Shown: positions 10,214-20,098, counted from the first letter of the stretch. The stretch is 64,000 bases of DNA from an uncultured delta proteobacterium (GCA_963699755.1 CAVOVB010000001.1:1472001-1536000); one strand, 5' to 3'. Numbers and translations are program-made. The notes: a model not told the origin generated them from the sequence alone.

Positions 10214-12112
10214 TCAGTCCGGCTGGAACGCGTTTTCGATTGCCGTTTCCTCTGCGGCCTCGGTCTCCGGTGCGACTTTCGGGTGGTCTCCGAGCATCTC
10301 CTTGATCGCGAGCGCTTGCCTTTGCGTCGCCCCGGCTTCGATCAACTGCTCCTGCGTCGCGGCCAAAACTTCCCGCAGCGAGCCCAAGTTTCTCAAGAGC
10401 TTCCGGCGCGTCTTTGGTCCGACCCCCGGGACCCCGTCGAGCTCGCTTCGCAATCGCCTCTTGCGGCCCACCTTTTTTCGCAGGCTGTTCGAGGCTCGGT
10501 GGGTTTCGTCGCGCGCCAAGAGCAGCAAGGAGAGTGCGGAGCTCGCCCGGACGGGGATGGGGTTCTTCTGGCCAGGGAGGAAGACGCGGTCGCCTTCCTC
10601 TTCGCCGGCCACCGTGATACGGGGCTTCGCGACGGAGGCGAGCTCCAGGTCAGGGAGTCCGATGTCTTCGCGGGCACGGACCGCGACTCCCAGCTGACCT
10701 TTGCCACCGTCGACGACCAAGAGATCGGGCAGCTCCCAGCCTTCCTCGTCGTCCTTGCCGCGCCGGAAGCGTCGCATCAGCACTTCGTACATCGCGCCGT
10801 AGTCGTCCCCGCCGCCGACGCCTTTGACGCGAAAGCTCCGGTAGCGTTCCTTGGCGAGCATCCCGTCTTGCAACGCAACGAAGACAGCCACTGTCTCCTC
10901 GCCTCCGGTGTGCGAAATGTCGACGCACTCGATGCGATGCGGAAGGAGCTTCAGGCGAAGCTGTTTCTGCAGATCGGTCAGTCGAGCCTCCACGTCCTCG
11001 CGTGCGCGCTCCTTCTCGTTGAACGCATGCTCGGCGTTTTCGCGTGCAAGCTCCAGGAGCTTGGCCTTCGCCCCACGCTTCGGCACCACGATTCGGACGC
11101 GGCGCTTTTGTTGCTCGCTTAGTAGCTCTTCGAGCGCCTCACTCATCTCGATCTGCACCGACACCAGAATCTCGTCCGGAAGCAAGGGGCGCTCCGCATA
11201 GTGTTGCCTCAGGAATGCGCCCAGCATCTCGTCGTTTGGCACCGCGACACGTCGCAGCGCAAAGGTTCTCATCGAGAAGATGCGACCGCCGCGCATGCTG
11301 AGCACGGTAACTTCGACCTGGTCGCCCTCACGGTGAAATCCGATCACATCCTGGTCCGACTTCTGCACCCCGGCGACGCGTTGCTCCTCTTGGGCGCGTT
11401 TGACGGCGCGGATCTGATCTCGATAGATCGCGGCACGCTCGTATTCCAGCGCGCCCGAGGCTCCGTGCATTCGTTCATCGAGGTCGAGCACCAGCTCGTC
11501 GTGCCGGCCATCCAGAAACCGGGCGACGTTGGTGACCTGCGCGTGGTACTCCGCCTGATCGACATCGAGGACGCAGGGAGCCGGACAGCGCTTGATCTGG
11601 TGCTGGAGACAAGGCCTCGACCGCATGCGGAATTCGGTATCGGTGCAAGTCCGCAGCTGAAAATAGCGATTCACGAGGCGGAGCGTCTGCCGCGCCGCAG
11701 TCGCCGAATGGTAGGGTCCGAAATATTGCGCACCGTCGGGCTTCGGCCGACGAACGACCTCGAGCCGCGGCCAGGGGCGCTTCGCGTCGAGCCGCAACGA
11801 AAGGTACTCCTTGTCGTCCCGAAGCTTGACGTTGTACTTCGGCTGATGCGATTTGATTAGCTGGTTTTCCAGTAGCGCGGCTTCTTTGTCGGTGTGCGTG
11901 ACGAAGGTTTCGATGTCGGTCAGCTCACGTTCGAGCCGGCTCACGAATGCGCGCAAGTCGCTCGAACCGGCTTGGAAGTAGGTTCGGACCCGATTCCTCA
12001 AGCTTCTCGCCTTGCCGACGTAGAGAACCTTTCCATCCGCGCCGTGGAACACGTACACTCCGGGCGAGGCCGGAAGCGTGTCGAGCTTTCGTTGTGCTAC
12101 CTTCGCGACCAC
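10214..12112 (-). CDS. uvrC: Excinuclease ABC subunit C
   Basis: GIY-YIG (PGVY...LYVGKA), CVDISH, DDYGAM, VDGGKGQ, RDETHR, C-terminal HhH GVGPK. Confidence 0.97.
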   Translation of the reverse strand: MVAKVAQRKLDTLPASPGVYVFHGADGKVLYVGKARSLRNRVRTYFQAGSSDLRAFVSRLERELTDIETFVTHTDKEAALLENQLIKSHQPKYNVKLRDDKEYLSLRLDAKRPWPRLEVVRRPKPDGAQYFGPYHSATAARQTLRLVNRYFQLRTCTDTEFRMRSRPCLQHQIKRCPAPCVLDVDQAEYHAQVTNVARFLDGRHDELVLDLDERMHGASGALEYERAAIYRDQIRAVKRAQEEQRVAGVQKSDQDVIGFHREGDQVEVTVLSMRGGRIFSMRTFALRRVAVPNDEMLGAFLRQHYAERPLLPDEILVSVQIEMSEALEELLSEQQKRRVRIVVPKRGAKAKLLELARENAEHAFNEKERAREDVEARLTDLQKQLRLKLLPHRIECVDISHTGGEETVAVFVALQDGMLAKERYRSFRVKGVGGGDDYGAMYEVLMRRFRRGKDDEEGWELPDLLVVDGGKGQLGVAVRAREDIGLPDLELASVAKPRITVAGEEEGDRVFLPGQKNPIPVRASSALSLLLLARDETHRASNSLRKKVGRKRRLRSELDGVPGVGPKTRRKLLRNLGSLREVLAATQEQLIEAGATQRQALAIKEMLGDHPKVAPETEAAEETAIENAFQPD

Positions 12113-12154
12113 CGCGGAGCTATACCACTGACTCCGCCGTCGATCGCCCCGGAT

Positions 12155-12757
12155 TCATGGGCTGCGAATCACTCGCTCGTCGGTCACGATCAGGTCGACC
12201 GCGACATCGAAGGGCAACTCGGGCACCTCTGAGATCAGCTGGAAATCATAAGCCAGCGCGCAAGTGCAGGCCTTTGTGAGGCGAGGGAGCAGCCTGTCGT
12301 AGTAGCCGCCGCCATAGCCGATCCGGTAGCCACGCGGATCGACCGCCAACGCGGGCACGAGCGCGAAGTCGATCTCGTCTGGCTCGATTCGCAGTGCGTC
12401 CTCCGATGGCTCAGGGACGGAAAAGGATCCATCGACGATCGGGGTTTCGGAATCGATCAGGTGCAAGCACAGCTCGTCGCCGAGCACCCTCGGTAGCACG
12501 ACTCGTTTTCCTGCAGACCAAGCAGCTTCGATGCTACGCCGTGTACGCACCTCGTTGCGAATCGATGCAAAGGCGAGAACGGTCTGCGCACGATCGAGCT
12601 CTGCAAGCTCAAAGAGGCGTCTGTGAATCTCGATCGAACGAGCATCGCACGCCGACTCGGGAAGTGAGCCGCGAAGGGTTCGCATTTGATTTCGTAGCGC
12701 CTGCTTGGCGCGTCGACGGAGCTCGTTCTCGGCGTGCCCCGTCTCGTCTCGGCTCAC
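12155..12757 (-). CDS. 5-formyltetrahydrofolate cyclo-ligase (YgfA/Fau family)
   Basis: VPALAVDPRGYRIGYGGGYYDRLL and DVAVDLIVTD. Confidence 0.93.
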   Translation of the reverse strand: MSRDETGHAENELRRRAKQALRNQMRTLRGSLPESACDARSIEIHRRLFELAELDRAQTVLAFASIRNEVRTRRSIEAAWSAGKRVVLPRVLGDELCLHLIDSETPIVDGSFSVPEPSEDALRIEPDEIDFALVPALAVDPRGYRIGYGGGYYDRLLPRLTKACTCALAYDFQLISEVPELPFDVAVDLIVTDERVIRSP

Positions 12758-13071
12758 GGCTCGATCTGTTGGGCGAGCTCAGCGTCCGCTTGGAGGCGCT
12801 GATCGATTCGCCGAATCGCCGTCCCGACGATCTGGCGCGTCTTCGCTTCGAGCTGATCGCGTCGCCGTTCGGAGGCTTCGAGATCCTCAGCGAGGCCGAG
12901 CGCCACGACGGCGAGCAGCTGTGCTGGCGTGGCCGCGCGAGCGGCCTTCGGCCCCAGCGCCTGCACTCGTTGATTCACGATATCGGCCAGGCGCTGCAGG
13001 TAGGTTTCGTCGGCGTCCGCAGACATGCGATACCGGGCGCCGGCAATTTCGATCTGGACGGTTCGCTTCAC
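12754..13071 (-). CDS. zapA: Cell division protein ZapA
   Basis: VQIEIAGARYRM...ETYLQRLADIVN...LAVVALGLAEDL then coiled coil; usual position upstream of ygfA. Confidence 0.88.
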   Translation of the reverse strand: MKRTVQIEIAGARYRMSADADETYLQRLADIVNQRVQALGPKAARAATPAQLLAVVALGLAEDLEASERRRDQLEAKTRQIVGTAIRRIDQRLQADAELAQQIEP

Positions 13072-13227
13072 GATTGACCGGAAGGTAGTCCCGCATCTCC
13101 TTTGGCGTCAAGGTAGGACATCCACATCCATGGCCTCGGTGTTCCGCTGCGATCGGAATCCGACTCCCAGGTTTATGAGACAGGGAGCAGCCGTGTTATG
13201 TTTGATCCCTGGGGGATAGTAGGGGTC

Positions 13228-16200
13228 ATGATCAAGGTTAGTTGCCCGTCGTGTAATGCGTCTTACGACGTGGACGAGCACCGCTTGCCCGAGAGCGGGC
13301 TTCGGATGCGTTGCCCGAAATGCAGCGAAAGCTTTCAGGTTCATCGCGACGGTTCGACCGCGAAGGCGGGAGGCGGAGCTGCGCCAGGCGCCTCCTTGCC
13401 CTCGCGCGCGAAGCGGACGGAGGTCGGTATCGGCCCAAAGGTGCCGCCGCCCGCGCCTGCAGCCGCCATCAAGAAGCAGCCGCTACCCTCGGGCGAAGTC
13501 GATCTGCCCGCGCCTTTGGTTGGCTCTGATTTAGCGGACCTCCCCACGCCGGCCATGCGTGGCTTTGAGGACCTACCAGCGCCGAAGACCGGCGCTCACG
13601 CGCTCGACTTGGAGCCATTCGCCGATCACGACTCCGCGGATTTGCCGACCCCAAAGCGCGACGCCCGTCCCTCGGGATTCGATCCCTTCGCGGACATCGA
13701 CTTGCCGGCACTTCGGGACGCGGCGGGCGGAACCGATCTTCCGGCTCCTCTTGGGCGATCGCTCGGCCCCGAGTTCGACCTGCCAGCGCTCAAGGGCAGT
13801 CCAGCCGGGCTTGATTTGGACTCGCCCGGCGATGAGATCGATCTTCCCATGGCGCTCACCGACGCCGAGCTACCGACGCCGCGTGACGCATCCAAGGTTC
13901 CGGCGCCGATTTCGCTCGACTCCGACCTGCCCATGTCGAGCGAACAAAAAGACCTGCCGGTTGCCCGTCCGGACTTCATGGATCGCGAGCTCGAGGGCCC
14001 CGCTCGGATACACGGCGGAGGTCCGATCGAGCTGGACCTCCCGGATGGAGAAGAGCTCGCTCTCGAAATGGAGCTCGACGGGCCCCCGCGACCCCCCGGG
14101 CCGCTGCCCCCCCTCGGCCAGCCTGCGGCGCGGCCTCTAGGCGCGGTGCCGGGATCAGGGGAAATGGAAAGCGATTCCGATGAGCTAGAGCTCTCAGGCT
14201 TCCCCGAGGAAGGAGAGGGCGCCGTCTACCGTATGCCCCGCGTCGGTGCGGACAGGCCCGAATTCGACATCGCGCCCACGCGCGTCAAGAAGAAAATCAA
14301 GATCGAACGGCCGCCTTGGTTGATGAAAGTTCTGGCTGCGTTCGCCGCCATCGCGATCATCGTCGGGTCGGGCTTTTACCTTGGCACCACGGAGTACGGC
14401 CTCTTTGGGATCCATCTCATTGAGCCCATGCTTTCCGCCTCTGGCGATCCCGCACTGGTCGCACGGGCGATCGAGGAAGCCGAGCTCGTCGCGGCGGACG
14501 ATACCTACATCGCCGAGCAACAGGCGCTCGCCAAGCTCCAAGAGGCACGGGCCGTTGCGAGCCTCAATCGCGAGCTCGTTGCGAGGACGCTCTTACACCA
14601 GTCCTACAATCTGGTCCGATTCGGACCGGACAGCGAAAGCGCCAACGTAGCCGATGCGTTGCGGGTGCACCTGAAACGCAGAGGTGATGAGGCCCCGCGG
14701 GTTCACGTTGCGCTCGCGGCTGATGCGTTGCGTAACGCCGATGGCGAGGGCGCCCAATCGGAAATCGCATTGGCGTCTGAGGACGACCCCGCCGACGCGT
14801 ACGTCGATTTCGTTGCCGGTGAGATTGCGCTCAAGGCAGGCGACGGCCAGAGCGCCGTCGACGCGTTCGGACGAGGGCTGAAAAAGCACGAGAGCGCGCG
14901 AGCGCAATGGGGGCTCGCGCGTGGCTATCAGCTGCTCGGCGAAGAGGATGAGATGGCAGCAGCGGCCAAGGCGGCGCAGAGGCTCAGCCCGAACCATGCT
15001 GGGGCCCGCGTTGTCGTGGCGAGGCTGCTGATCGCCGATGGTGAGATCGACCAGGCCTACGAGCTGCTTCAGATCCCGGCGGGTCTTGCCCCGGTCGAAG
15101 GCGCCACTCTGCCGGTCGCAAGAGCGGACAGGTCCGCCGCGCTCGCGCTCATCGCGCGCATCGAAGAACAGCGAGGCCGCCAGGGTGCCGCCCGCGAGAT
15201 CTACGAGAAGGCGATCGCGCTCGACACCAGCAATTCGGACGCCACGCTCGGGGCGGCGCGAATGGTTCTCCTCGAAGGCGCATATCGCGACGCGCTCGCC
15301 CGATTTCAAACCGTGCTGGATTCGACGCTACAACCGGGTGCCGAGTTGGACGTGAGCGGAAAGCCCAAAGCGGAGGTGCAGGCCAAGCTCGGTGCCGCCG
15401 AAGCGCTCCTGGCCATGGGCAAGCCAGAGGAAGCAAGGCAGATGCTAGCCGATCTCCTGAGCGAGGAGCCGGTCAGCGCCGATGTCGAGCTATGGCAAGG
15501 CAAAGTTGCCGAGGGCCTCGGCAAGAGCCAAGACGCGGTCAAGCATTTTCGCAATGCGATCAAGCTCGAGCCGACATCCGTCCGCGGATACATGGCGCTG
15601 GCCCAGCACTACTCGTCGACGAAGCGCCCCGGCGAGGCCGTTGCAATCCTTGGCGAAGCGGAGAAGAACGTCGAGATCACCGCCGAGGTGCGCCGCCTCG
15701 TGGGTTGGGCGGAGCTTCAGCGCAATCACATCGACGACGCGATTGAGGAGTTCACGCGGGCGCTCGAGATGGAGCCCAGAGATTCTTCCGCACAGTTCGG
15801 GCTCGCCATCTCTTTCCGTCGCAAGTGGAGGCTCGAAGACGCTGCCGCGGCGCTTGCGAAGGTCGAGGCGCTCGACGCGAAATTCCCCGGCCTTGCTCTG
15901 GAGAAGGGCCGACTAGCGGAGGCAAGCGGCGACATGGAGGCCGCAACGGCCAGTTACCGACAAGCGCTTGCGGATTCCCCTGACGACGCTCCACTGAAAT
16001 CACGGATGGGCGCCGTCTTGGTGCTGACGGGCAAGTACGAAGAGGCGGAAAAGCTCCTGCAAGAGGTGCTGGACGTGCAGCCGTACTCGGCCGAAGCGGA
16101 GCACTATTTGGGTCGGATCGAGCTCGAGCGCGGCCAGGTCGAGTCCGCGCGGCAGCGATTCCTCCGCGCCGCCCGTCTCGATCCCCAGAGTGGCCTGTAT

Positions 16201-16782
16201 CGGATGTACATCGCTTGGGCAGCGCTCGAGTCGAACGAGATGAGCGCCGCGCTTCGCGATCTCGACGCCGCCTTGAAGCTCGATCCAACGCTTGGCGACG
16301 CGTTCTGGTTACGTGCGCGGATTCGAATTCGCGCGGGCGCCGTCCGTGATGCGCTCACCGATTTGAAAGAGGCGATCGAGCTCAACCCGAAACGAATCGA
16401 AGCTTGGGCCGCCATGGGCGAGAGCCACTACCAGCTCGGCCAGATGAAAGAAGCCATTGCGGACTTCGAGAAAGCCGTCGCGGGCGCGCCTGAGCAGGGA
16501 TACTGGTGGTACCGCCTGGGGCGCTTGCAGCTCGACGAGGGCCAACGGGTACCGGCGCTCGCTTCGTTGCAGAAGGCGACCTCCATCGGGGACGAAGAGC
16601 CCGGCGGCAAGGCATGGGTGGCCGACTCCCACCGGCTCATCGGAGACATCTACTACGCGCAGAACACGCGTCAAGAAGCCATCGTCGAGTACGGGCTTTA
16701 CCTGGACCTCGCTGATCGCGAGGCGCTCGACAGGGCCGACGTCGAGATGAAGCTTCGCCGGATCAGCGAAGGCATTCGCTAG
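13228..16782 (+). CDS. Zinc-ribbon (MJ0042-type) / Pro-Asp-rich linker / TM / multi-TPR protein
   Basis: CPSC...CPKC at the N-terminus, repeated DLPxP motifs, one TM (LAAFAAIAIIVGSGFYL), then many TPR-like helical pairs. Start set at ATG 13228. Confidence 0.85.
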   Translation: MIKVSCPSCNASYDVDEHRLPESGLRMRCPKCSESFQVHRDGSTAKAGGGAAPGASLPSRAKRTEVGIGPKVPPPAPAAAIKKQPLPSGEVDLPAPLVGSDLADLPTPAMRGFEDLPAPKTGAHALDLEPFADHDSADLPTPKRDARPSGFDPFADIDLPALRDAAGGTDLPAPLGRSLGPEFDLPALKGSPAGLDLDSPGDEIDLPMALTDAELPTPRDASKVPAPISLDSDLPMSSEQKDLPVARPDFMDRELEGPARIHGGGPIELDLPDGEELALEMELDGPPRPPGPLPPLGQPAARPLGAVPGSGEMESDSDELELSGFPEEGEGAVYRMPRVGADRPEFDIAPTRVKKKIKIERPPWLMKVLAAFAAIAIIVGSGFYLGTTEYGLFGIHLIEPMLSASGDPALVARAIEEAELVAADDTYIAEQQALAKLQEARAVASLNRELVARTLLHQSYNLVRFGPDSESANVADALRVHLKRRGDEAPRVHVALAADALRNADGEGAQSEIALASEDDPADAYVDFVAGEIALKAGDGQSAVDAFGRGLKKHESARAQWGLARGYQLLGEEDEMAAAAKAAQRLSPNHAGARVVVARLLIADGEIDQAYELLQIPAGLAPVEGATLPVARADRSAALALIARIEEQRGRQGAAREIYEKAIALDTSNSDATLGAARMVLLEGAYRDALARFQTVLDSTLQPGAELDVSGKPKAEVQAKLGAAEALLAMGKPEEARQMLADLLSEEPVSADVELWQGKVAEGLGKSQDAVKHFRNAIKLEPTSVRGYMALAQHYSSTKRPGEAVAILGEAEKNVEITAEVRRLVGWAELQRNHIDDAIEEFTRALEMEPRDSSAQFGLAISFRRKWRLEDAAAALAKVEALDAKFPGLALEKGRLAEASGDMEAATASYRQALADSPDDAPLKSRMGAVLVLTGKYEEAEKLLQEVLDVQPYSAEAEHYLGRIELERGQVESARQRFLRAARLDPQSGLYRMYIAWAALESNEMSAALRDLDAALKLDPTLGDAFWLRARIRIRAGAVRDALTDLKEAIELNPKRIEAWAAMGESHYQLGQMKEAIADFEKAVAGAPEQGYWWYRLGRLQLDEGQRVPALASLQKATSIGDEEPGGKAWVADSHRLIGDIYYAQNTRQEAIVEYGLYLDLADREALDRADVEMKLRRISEGIR
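13498..13970 (+). repeat. Dispersed (D/E)LPxP/L peptide repeats in the linker
   Basis: About 11 copies in the translation: DLPAP, DLPTP, DLPAP, DLPTP, DLPAL, DLPAP, DLPAL, DLPMA, ELPTP, DLPMS, DLPVA. Confidence 0.75.
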
Positions 16783-16788
16783 GGGGCC

Positions 16789-17187
16789 TCAGTCCAGCTG
16801 GTCGCGATCGAAGGCTTCCGGAAACAGGGTAGCGAGCTCGTAGTCGGTCTGCCCCCGGCTGCTGTAGCTCCGGATCGAAAGGCTCGGCCCGAGCTCGGCG
16901 AGGCATTGCCTGCAGATGCCGCAAGGGGGCGTGGGGCTCTGGGCTCCCGAGCTGATGACCAGTGCTCGGAGCTCACGCTCTCCGGCGGCAACTGCCGCTG
17001 CCAAGGCCGCCCGCTCCGCGCAAATCGTCGCGCCATAGCTCGCGTTCTCGACGTTGCAGCCTTTGAAGACCGCACCGCTTTCGGTCAGCAACGCCGCCCC
17101 GACGGCGAAGCCGGAGTAAGGGGCGTAGGCGTTCGCCCGCGCCTCCGTCGCTGCACGCTTCAAGCTCTCCCAGGCGCTCTCGTCCAT
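16789..17187 (-). CDS. cdd: Cytidine deaminase (homotetrameric type)
   Basis: AYAPYSGFAVGAAL, GCNVENASYG, CAER, PCGICRQ. ATG at 17187 overlaps the stop of the upstream gene. Confidence 0.95.
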   Translation of the reverse strand: MDESAWESLKRAATEARANAYAPYSGFAVGAALLTESGAVFKGCNVENASYGATICAERAALAAAVAAGERELRALVISSGAQSPTPPCGICRQCLAELGPSLSIRSYSSRGQTDYELATLFPEAFDRDQLD

Positions 17188-17996
17188 CAGATCGCCTCTA
17201 GCACACCGCAGAGCATCGCTTCGAAGCGCGGCCGCACTCGGCCGGCGATCTTTTGCACTTCCTCGTGACGCAGTGGGTCTTTGGAGATCCCGGCGGCGAG
17301 ATTGGTGATGCACGAGATGCCTAGGACGCGAAGCCCCATGTGGCGAGCGGCCAGTACCTCGAGCACCGTGCTCATCCCCACCGCATCGGCACCGAGCGTT
17401 CGAAGCATTCGCACTTCGGCAGGAGTCTCGTAGGACGGCCCGAGAAGGCCGGCATACACGCCGCGTCGCAGCTCGAAGCCTAGCCCCGTCGCAATGCCGC
17501 TCGCGGTCTCGATCAGCTCGGGATCGAAGGCAGCGCTCATGTCGAGGAATCTCGGGCCCTGGCGTTCGTCGTTGGGACCGATCAGGCTGTTCGTTCCCGT
17601 GAGATTGAGCTGATCGCTGATCGCCATCAGATCCCCGGGCACGAGGCCGGGGGCGATCCCGCCTGCAGCGTTGGTGACGATCACTGTCTGCGCGCCGAGA
17701 ATGGCCATCAAACGCACACCAAAGGCCACTTCAGCAGGAGAATTGCCTTCATAGAGGTGCGCGCGCCCTTGCATCGCAACGATGCGCTTGCCCGCTCTGC
17801 GGCCCACGACCAGGTTGCCCGCATGTCCGGCGACGCTCGACAGAGGCATGTGCGGGATCTCGCCGTAGGGGATCGCACGCGCGTCCTCCAAGCTGTTTGC
17901 GTAGTCGCCGAGGCCCGATCCCAGAACCAGCGCCACGTCGGCCTTGCCGGTGCGAGCGCTAATCGCAGCCTCGGCTTGCTCGAGTGCCACCATCAT
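17187..17996 (-). CDS. Purine nucleoside phosphorylase (trimeric PNP-I / PunA type)
   Basis: VLGSGLG, VAGHAG, QGRAHLYEG, TNAAGG, GPSYETPAE, DAVGMSTV, TNLAAG. The longer 5' extension in the ORF track is antisense to the next gene. Confidence 0.94.
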   Translation of the reverse strand: MMVALEQAEAAISARTGKADVALVLGSGLGDYANSLEDARAIPYGEIPHMPLSSVAGHAGNLVVGRRAGKRIVAMQGRAHLYEGNSPAEVAFGVRLMAILGAQTVIVTNAAGGIAPGLVPGDLMAISDQLNLTGTNSLIGPNDERQGPRFLDMSAAFDPELIETASGIATGLGFELRRGVYAGLLGPSYETPAEVRMLRTLGADAVGMSTVLEVLAARHMGLRVLGISCITNLAAGISKDPLRHEEVQKIAGRVRPRFEAMLCGVLEAI

Positions 17997-18038
17997 CTCG
18001 CCCGCATTGTACCCTACCTCGGCTATAGTGCCCGCCGG

Positions 18039-18677
18039 ATGATGAAGTGGGTCGCCACCGCCGGCTTGATGCTGTCGCTTGCATGCGCGGGTAGAGCCGT
18101 CGATGGACCCGGGAGCGAGACCGCCGGCGAGGTTTCCGAAAGCGTCGATTCGCCTCAGCTCGTCGAGCCGCCGGACCTCGTCTCGATCGTTCCCATCCCC
18201 ACGGCCGTGGAGATCCCGCGGGATTGCTCGAAGCCCGTAGAGGAGTCCTGCAATGCGATCGACGACGATTGCGACGGTGTGATCGACGACGGCTGTGGGT
18301 ACGGCGCGGGCCTGATGCAAGTCACCGCATCCTGGGACACTGGCGCGGACATCGATCTCTACGTCACTGGGCCGCTCGGCGACACCCTCAGCTTCCAGCG
18401 CCCCTCGACCCCTTCGGGGGCGCGCGTCGATCACTCCGGTCGCGGGGACTGCAGCGAGATGCCCAACCCGCAGATCGAAAACATTCGCTGGGTCGGCTCG
18501 CGACCGCTGGACGGCATCTATGAAGTCGAGATCCACTATTGGGGCGAGTGTGGTAGCAGTGGCGGGCCGACGACAGTGACGATCTCCGTCGCGGTGGGCC
18601 GTCGGATCGCTGGCCAGTACCGCCAGACCCTGCTCCCCGGCGAGCGGATTCGAGTCCTGCGATTCGTCGTCCAATGA
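18039..18677 (+). CDS. Lipoprotein with putative metal-binding motif and YfaP/DUF2135-like domain
   Basis: Lipobox SLAC; EESCNAIDDDCDGVIDDGC; WDTGADIDLYVTGP...ENIRW...GIYEVEIHYW. Confidence 0.72.
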   Translation: MMKWVATAGLMLSLACAGRAVDGPGSETAGEVSESVDSPQLVEPPDLVSIVPIPTAVEIPRDCSKPVEESCNAIDDDCDGVIDDGCGYGAGLMQVTASWDTGADIDLYVTGPLGDTLSFQRPSTPSGARVDHSGRGDCSEMPNPQIENIRWVGSRPLDGIYEVEIHYWGECGSSGGPTTVTISVAVGRRIAGQYRQTLLPGERIRVLRFVVQ

Positions 18678-19978
18678 AAGTCCTCCCGGAGCGGGCGCTA
18701 TTTGCGCTCTTCCTGCTGTTGCAGGGCTGCATCCTCCTGGGGCTAGCGCTCGCCGCGCGGTCGGGATCTCTGCCGTCCACCGTCGTCCTCGGTTTGGCGA
18801 TGTCGTTCATTCCGTATGCGGGCGTGCTCGTGTTTTCTCGCTCGCTCGACGGCCAGGGTGCGCCGGGTCTGATCGCAGTCCCCATCACGCTGCTGCTTGG
18901 TGCCGTGCTCGTGCTTGCACCGCCCCTCTTGTCCGATGATATCTACCGCTACCTCTGGGAGGGACGACTCTGGCTCGAAGGGTTCAACCCGTATCGCCTC
19001 GCCCCCGAGGACCTCGCCCTCGGACCGCTCCGCGACGATGTCTGGCTCAAGATCAACAACAAGGACATCGGGAGCATCTATCCGCCGCTTTCCCAGCTCT
19101 TGTTCGCTGCTGCCGCCTGGCTCGGGGGAAAGGTCTGGACGGTCAAGCTCTTGGCGCTCCTCGGGCAGGGATGCGCCGTTGCGCTGCTCGCCGGGATCAC
19201 CAAGTCCATCAAAGCACCCTTGGCGCTCGGCCTCAACCCACTATTGCTCAGCGAAACCGCGCTCAACGGTCATCTCGACATCCTCTGCGGCCTCGCATTG
19301 CTCCTCGCAGCCTGCGCGCTCCCGCAGCACCGCTTCGTTCGCGCCGGCACCGCCACCTGCGCGGCCGTCGGGCTCAAGGTGGTCGGTCTGATCCTCCTGC
19401 CGCTCTTTGCGCGTCGACCCAAGGTCTTGATCGCGACCGCGGCGGCATCGGGCGCGCTGCTCGCGCCGCTCGTCGTTTGGCGCGGGCCTGTCGATCCGGT
19501 CTCGGGCGCGGGGCAGTTCGCAACCCGTTGGCGCGGCAACGAAAGTCTGTTCGCTCTCGCCGACTGGCTGAGTCGACAGATCCTTGCAGACGGCTCCGCG
19601 GAGCTCGCTGCTCGTTGGATGGTGATGCTTGCCTTTGTGCTGCTTTGCGTTCTGGTCGTACGCCGTCGTGCGCCGGCCCTGTCCTCCGCACGCGCGCTGG
19701 TTTGGGGGGTTCTGCTTCTCTCCCCGCAGGTCCACCCCTGGTACCTCGCCTGGCTTCTGCCACTGGAGGTCGCGGCCGGCGGGTCGGCCGGCCTGGTCTG
19801 GAGCGCGGCGGTCCTGTGCGCCTACGCGCCCCTCGACCTCTGGGTCAACCAAGGCGTCTGGCGAATGCCCCTCTGGCTCCAGTTCTTCGAGTACTTCTTG
19901 CTCGCCCTCGCGCTCTTGCTGGATCCGCGCCGTCCGACCCTGCGACGGGGAGCCTCTCAAGCGCAATTTACCCCGTGA
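18674..19978 (+). CDS. GT-C superfamily integral membrane glycosyltransferase (GT87/DUF2029-like)
   Basis: LSDDIYRYLWEG, FNPY, SIYPP, NGHLD, SPQVHPWY; many TM segments. Confidence 0.8.
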   Translation: MKVLPERALFALFLLLQGCILLGLALAARSGSLPSTVVLGLAMSFIPYAGVLVFSRSLDGQGAPGLIAVPITLLLGAVLVLAPPLLSDDIYRYLWEGRLWLEGFNPYRLAPEDLALGPLRDDVWLKINNKDIGSIYPPLSQLLFAAAAWLGGKVWTVKLLALLGQGCAVALLAGITKSIKAPLALGLNPLLLSETALNGHLDILCGLALLLAACALPQHRFVRAGTATCAAVGLKVVGLILLPLFARRPKVLIATAAASGALLAPLVVWRGPVDPVSGAGQFATRWRGNESLFALADWLSRQILADGSAELAARWMVMLAFVLLCVLVVRRRAPALSSARALVWGVLLLSPQVHPWYLAWLLPLEVAAGGSAGLVWSAAVLCAYAPLDLWVNQGVWRMPLWLQFFEYFLLALALLLDPRRPTLRRGASQAQFTP

Positions 19979-20033
19979 TTCGAGGGACTTGGCCTGGGAG
20001 GGCGTCGCGCACCCAGATCTGCTCGGTTTTGGC

Positions 20034-20061
20034 TTGCAGGGTGGGCCGCAACACTTAGACT
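20034..20061 (+). promoter_or_regulatory. Putative sigma70 promoter of rplU-rpmA
   Basis: TTGCAG (20034-39), 16-nt spacer, TAGACT (20056-61), about 37 nt upstream of the rplU ATG. Confidence 0.4.
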
Positions 20062-20098
20062 ACCCGCCCCTGAAACCCAGGGATTGACGGATTCATCT

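Noticed and set aside
17997..18674. 5' extension of the 495-aa phosphorylase ORF
   Set aside because: Antisense to the lipoprotein gene; phosphorylase motifs start only after 17996.
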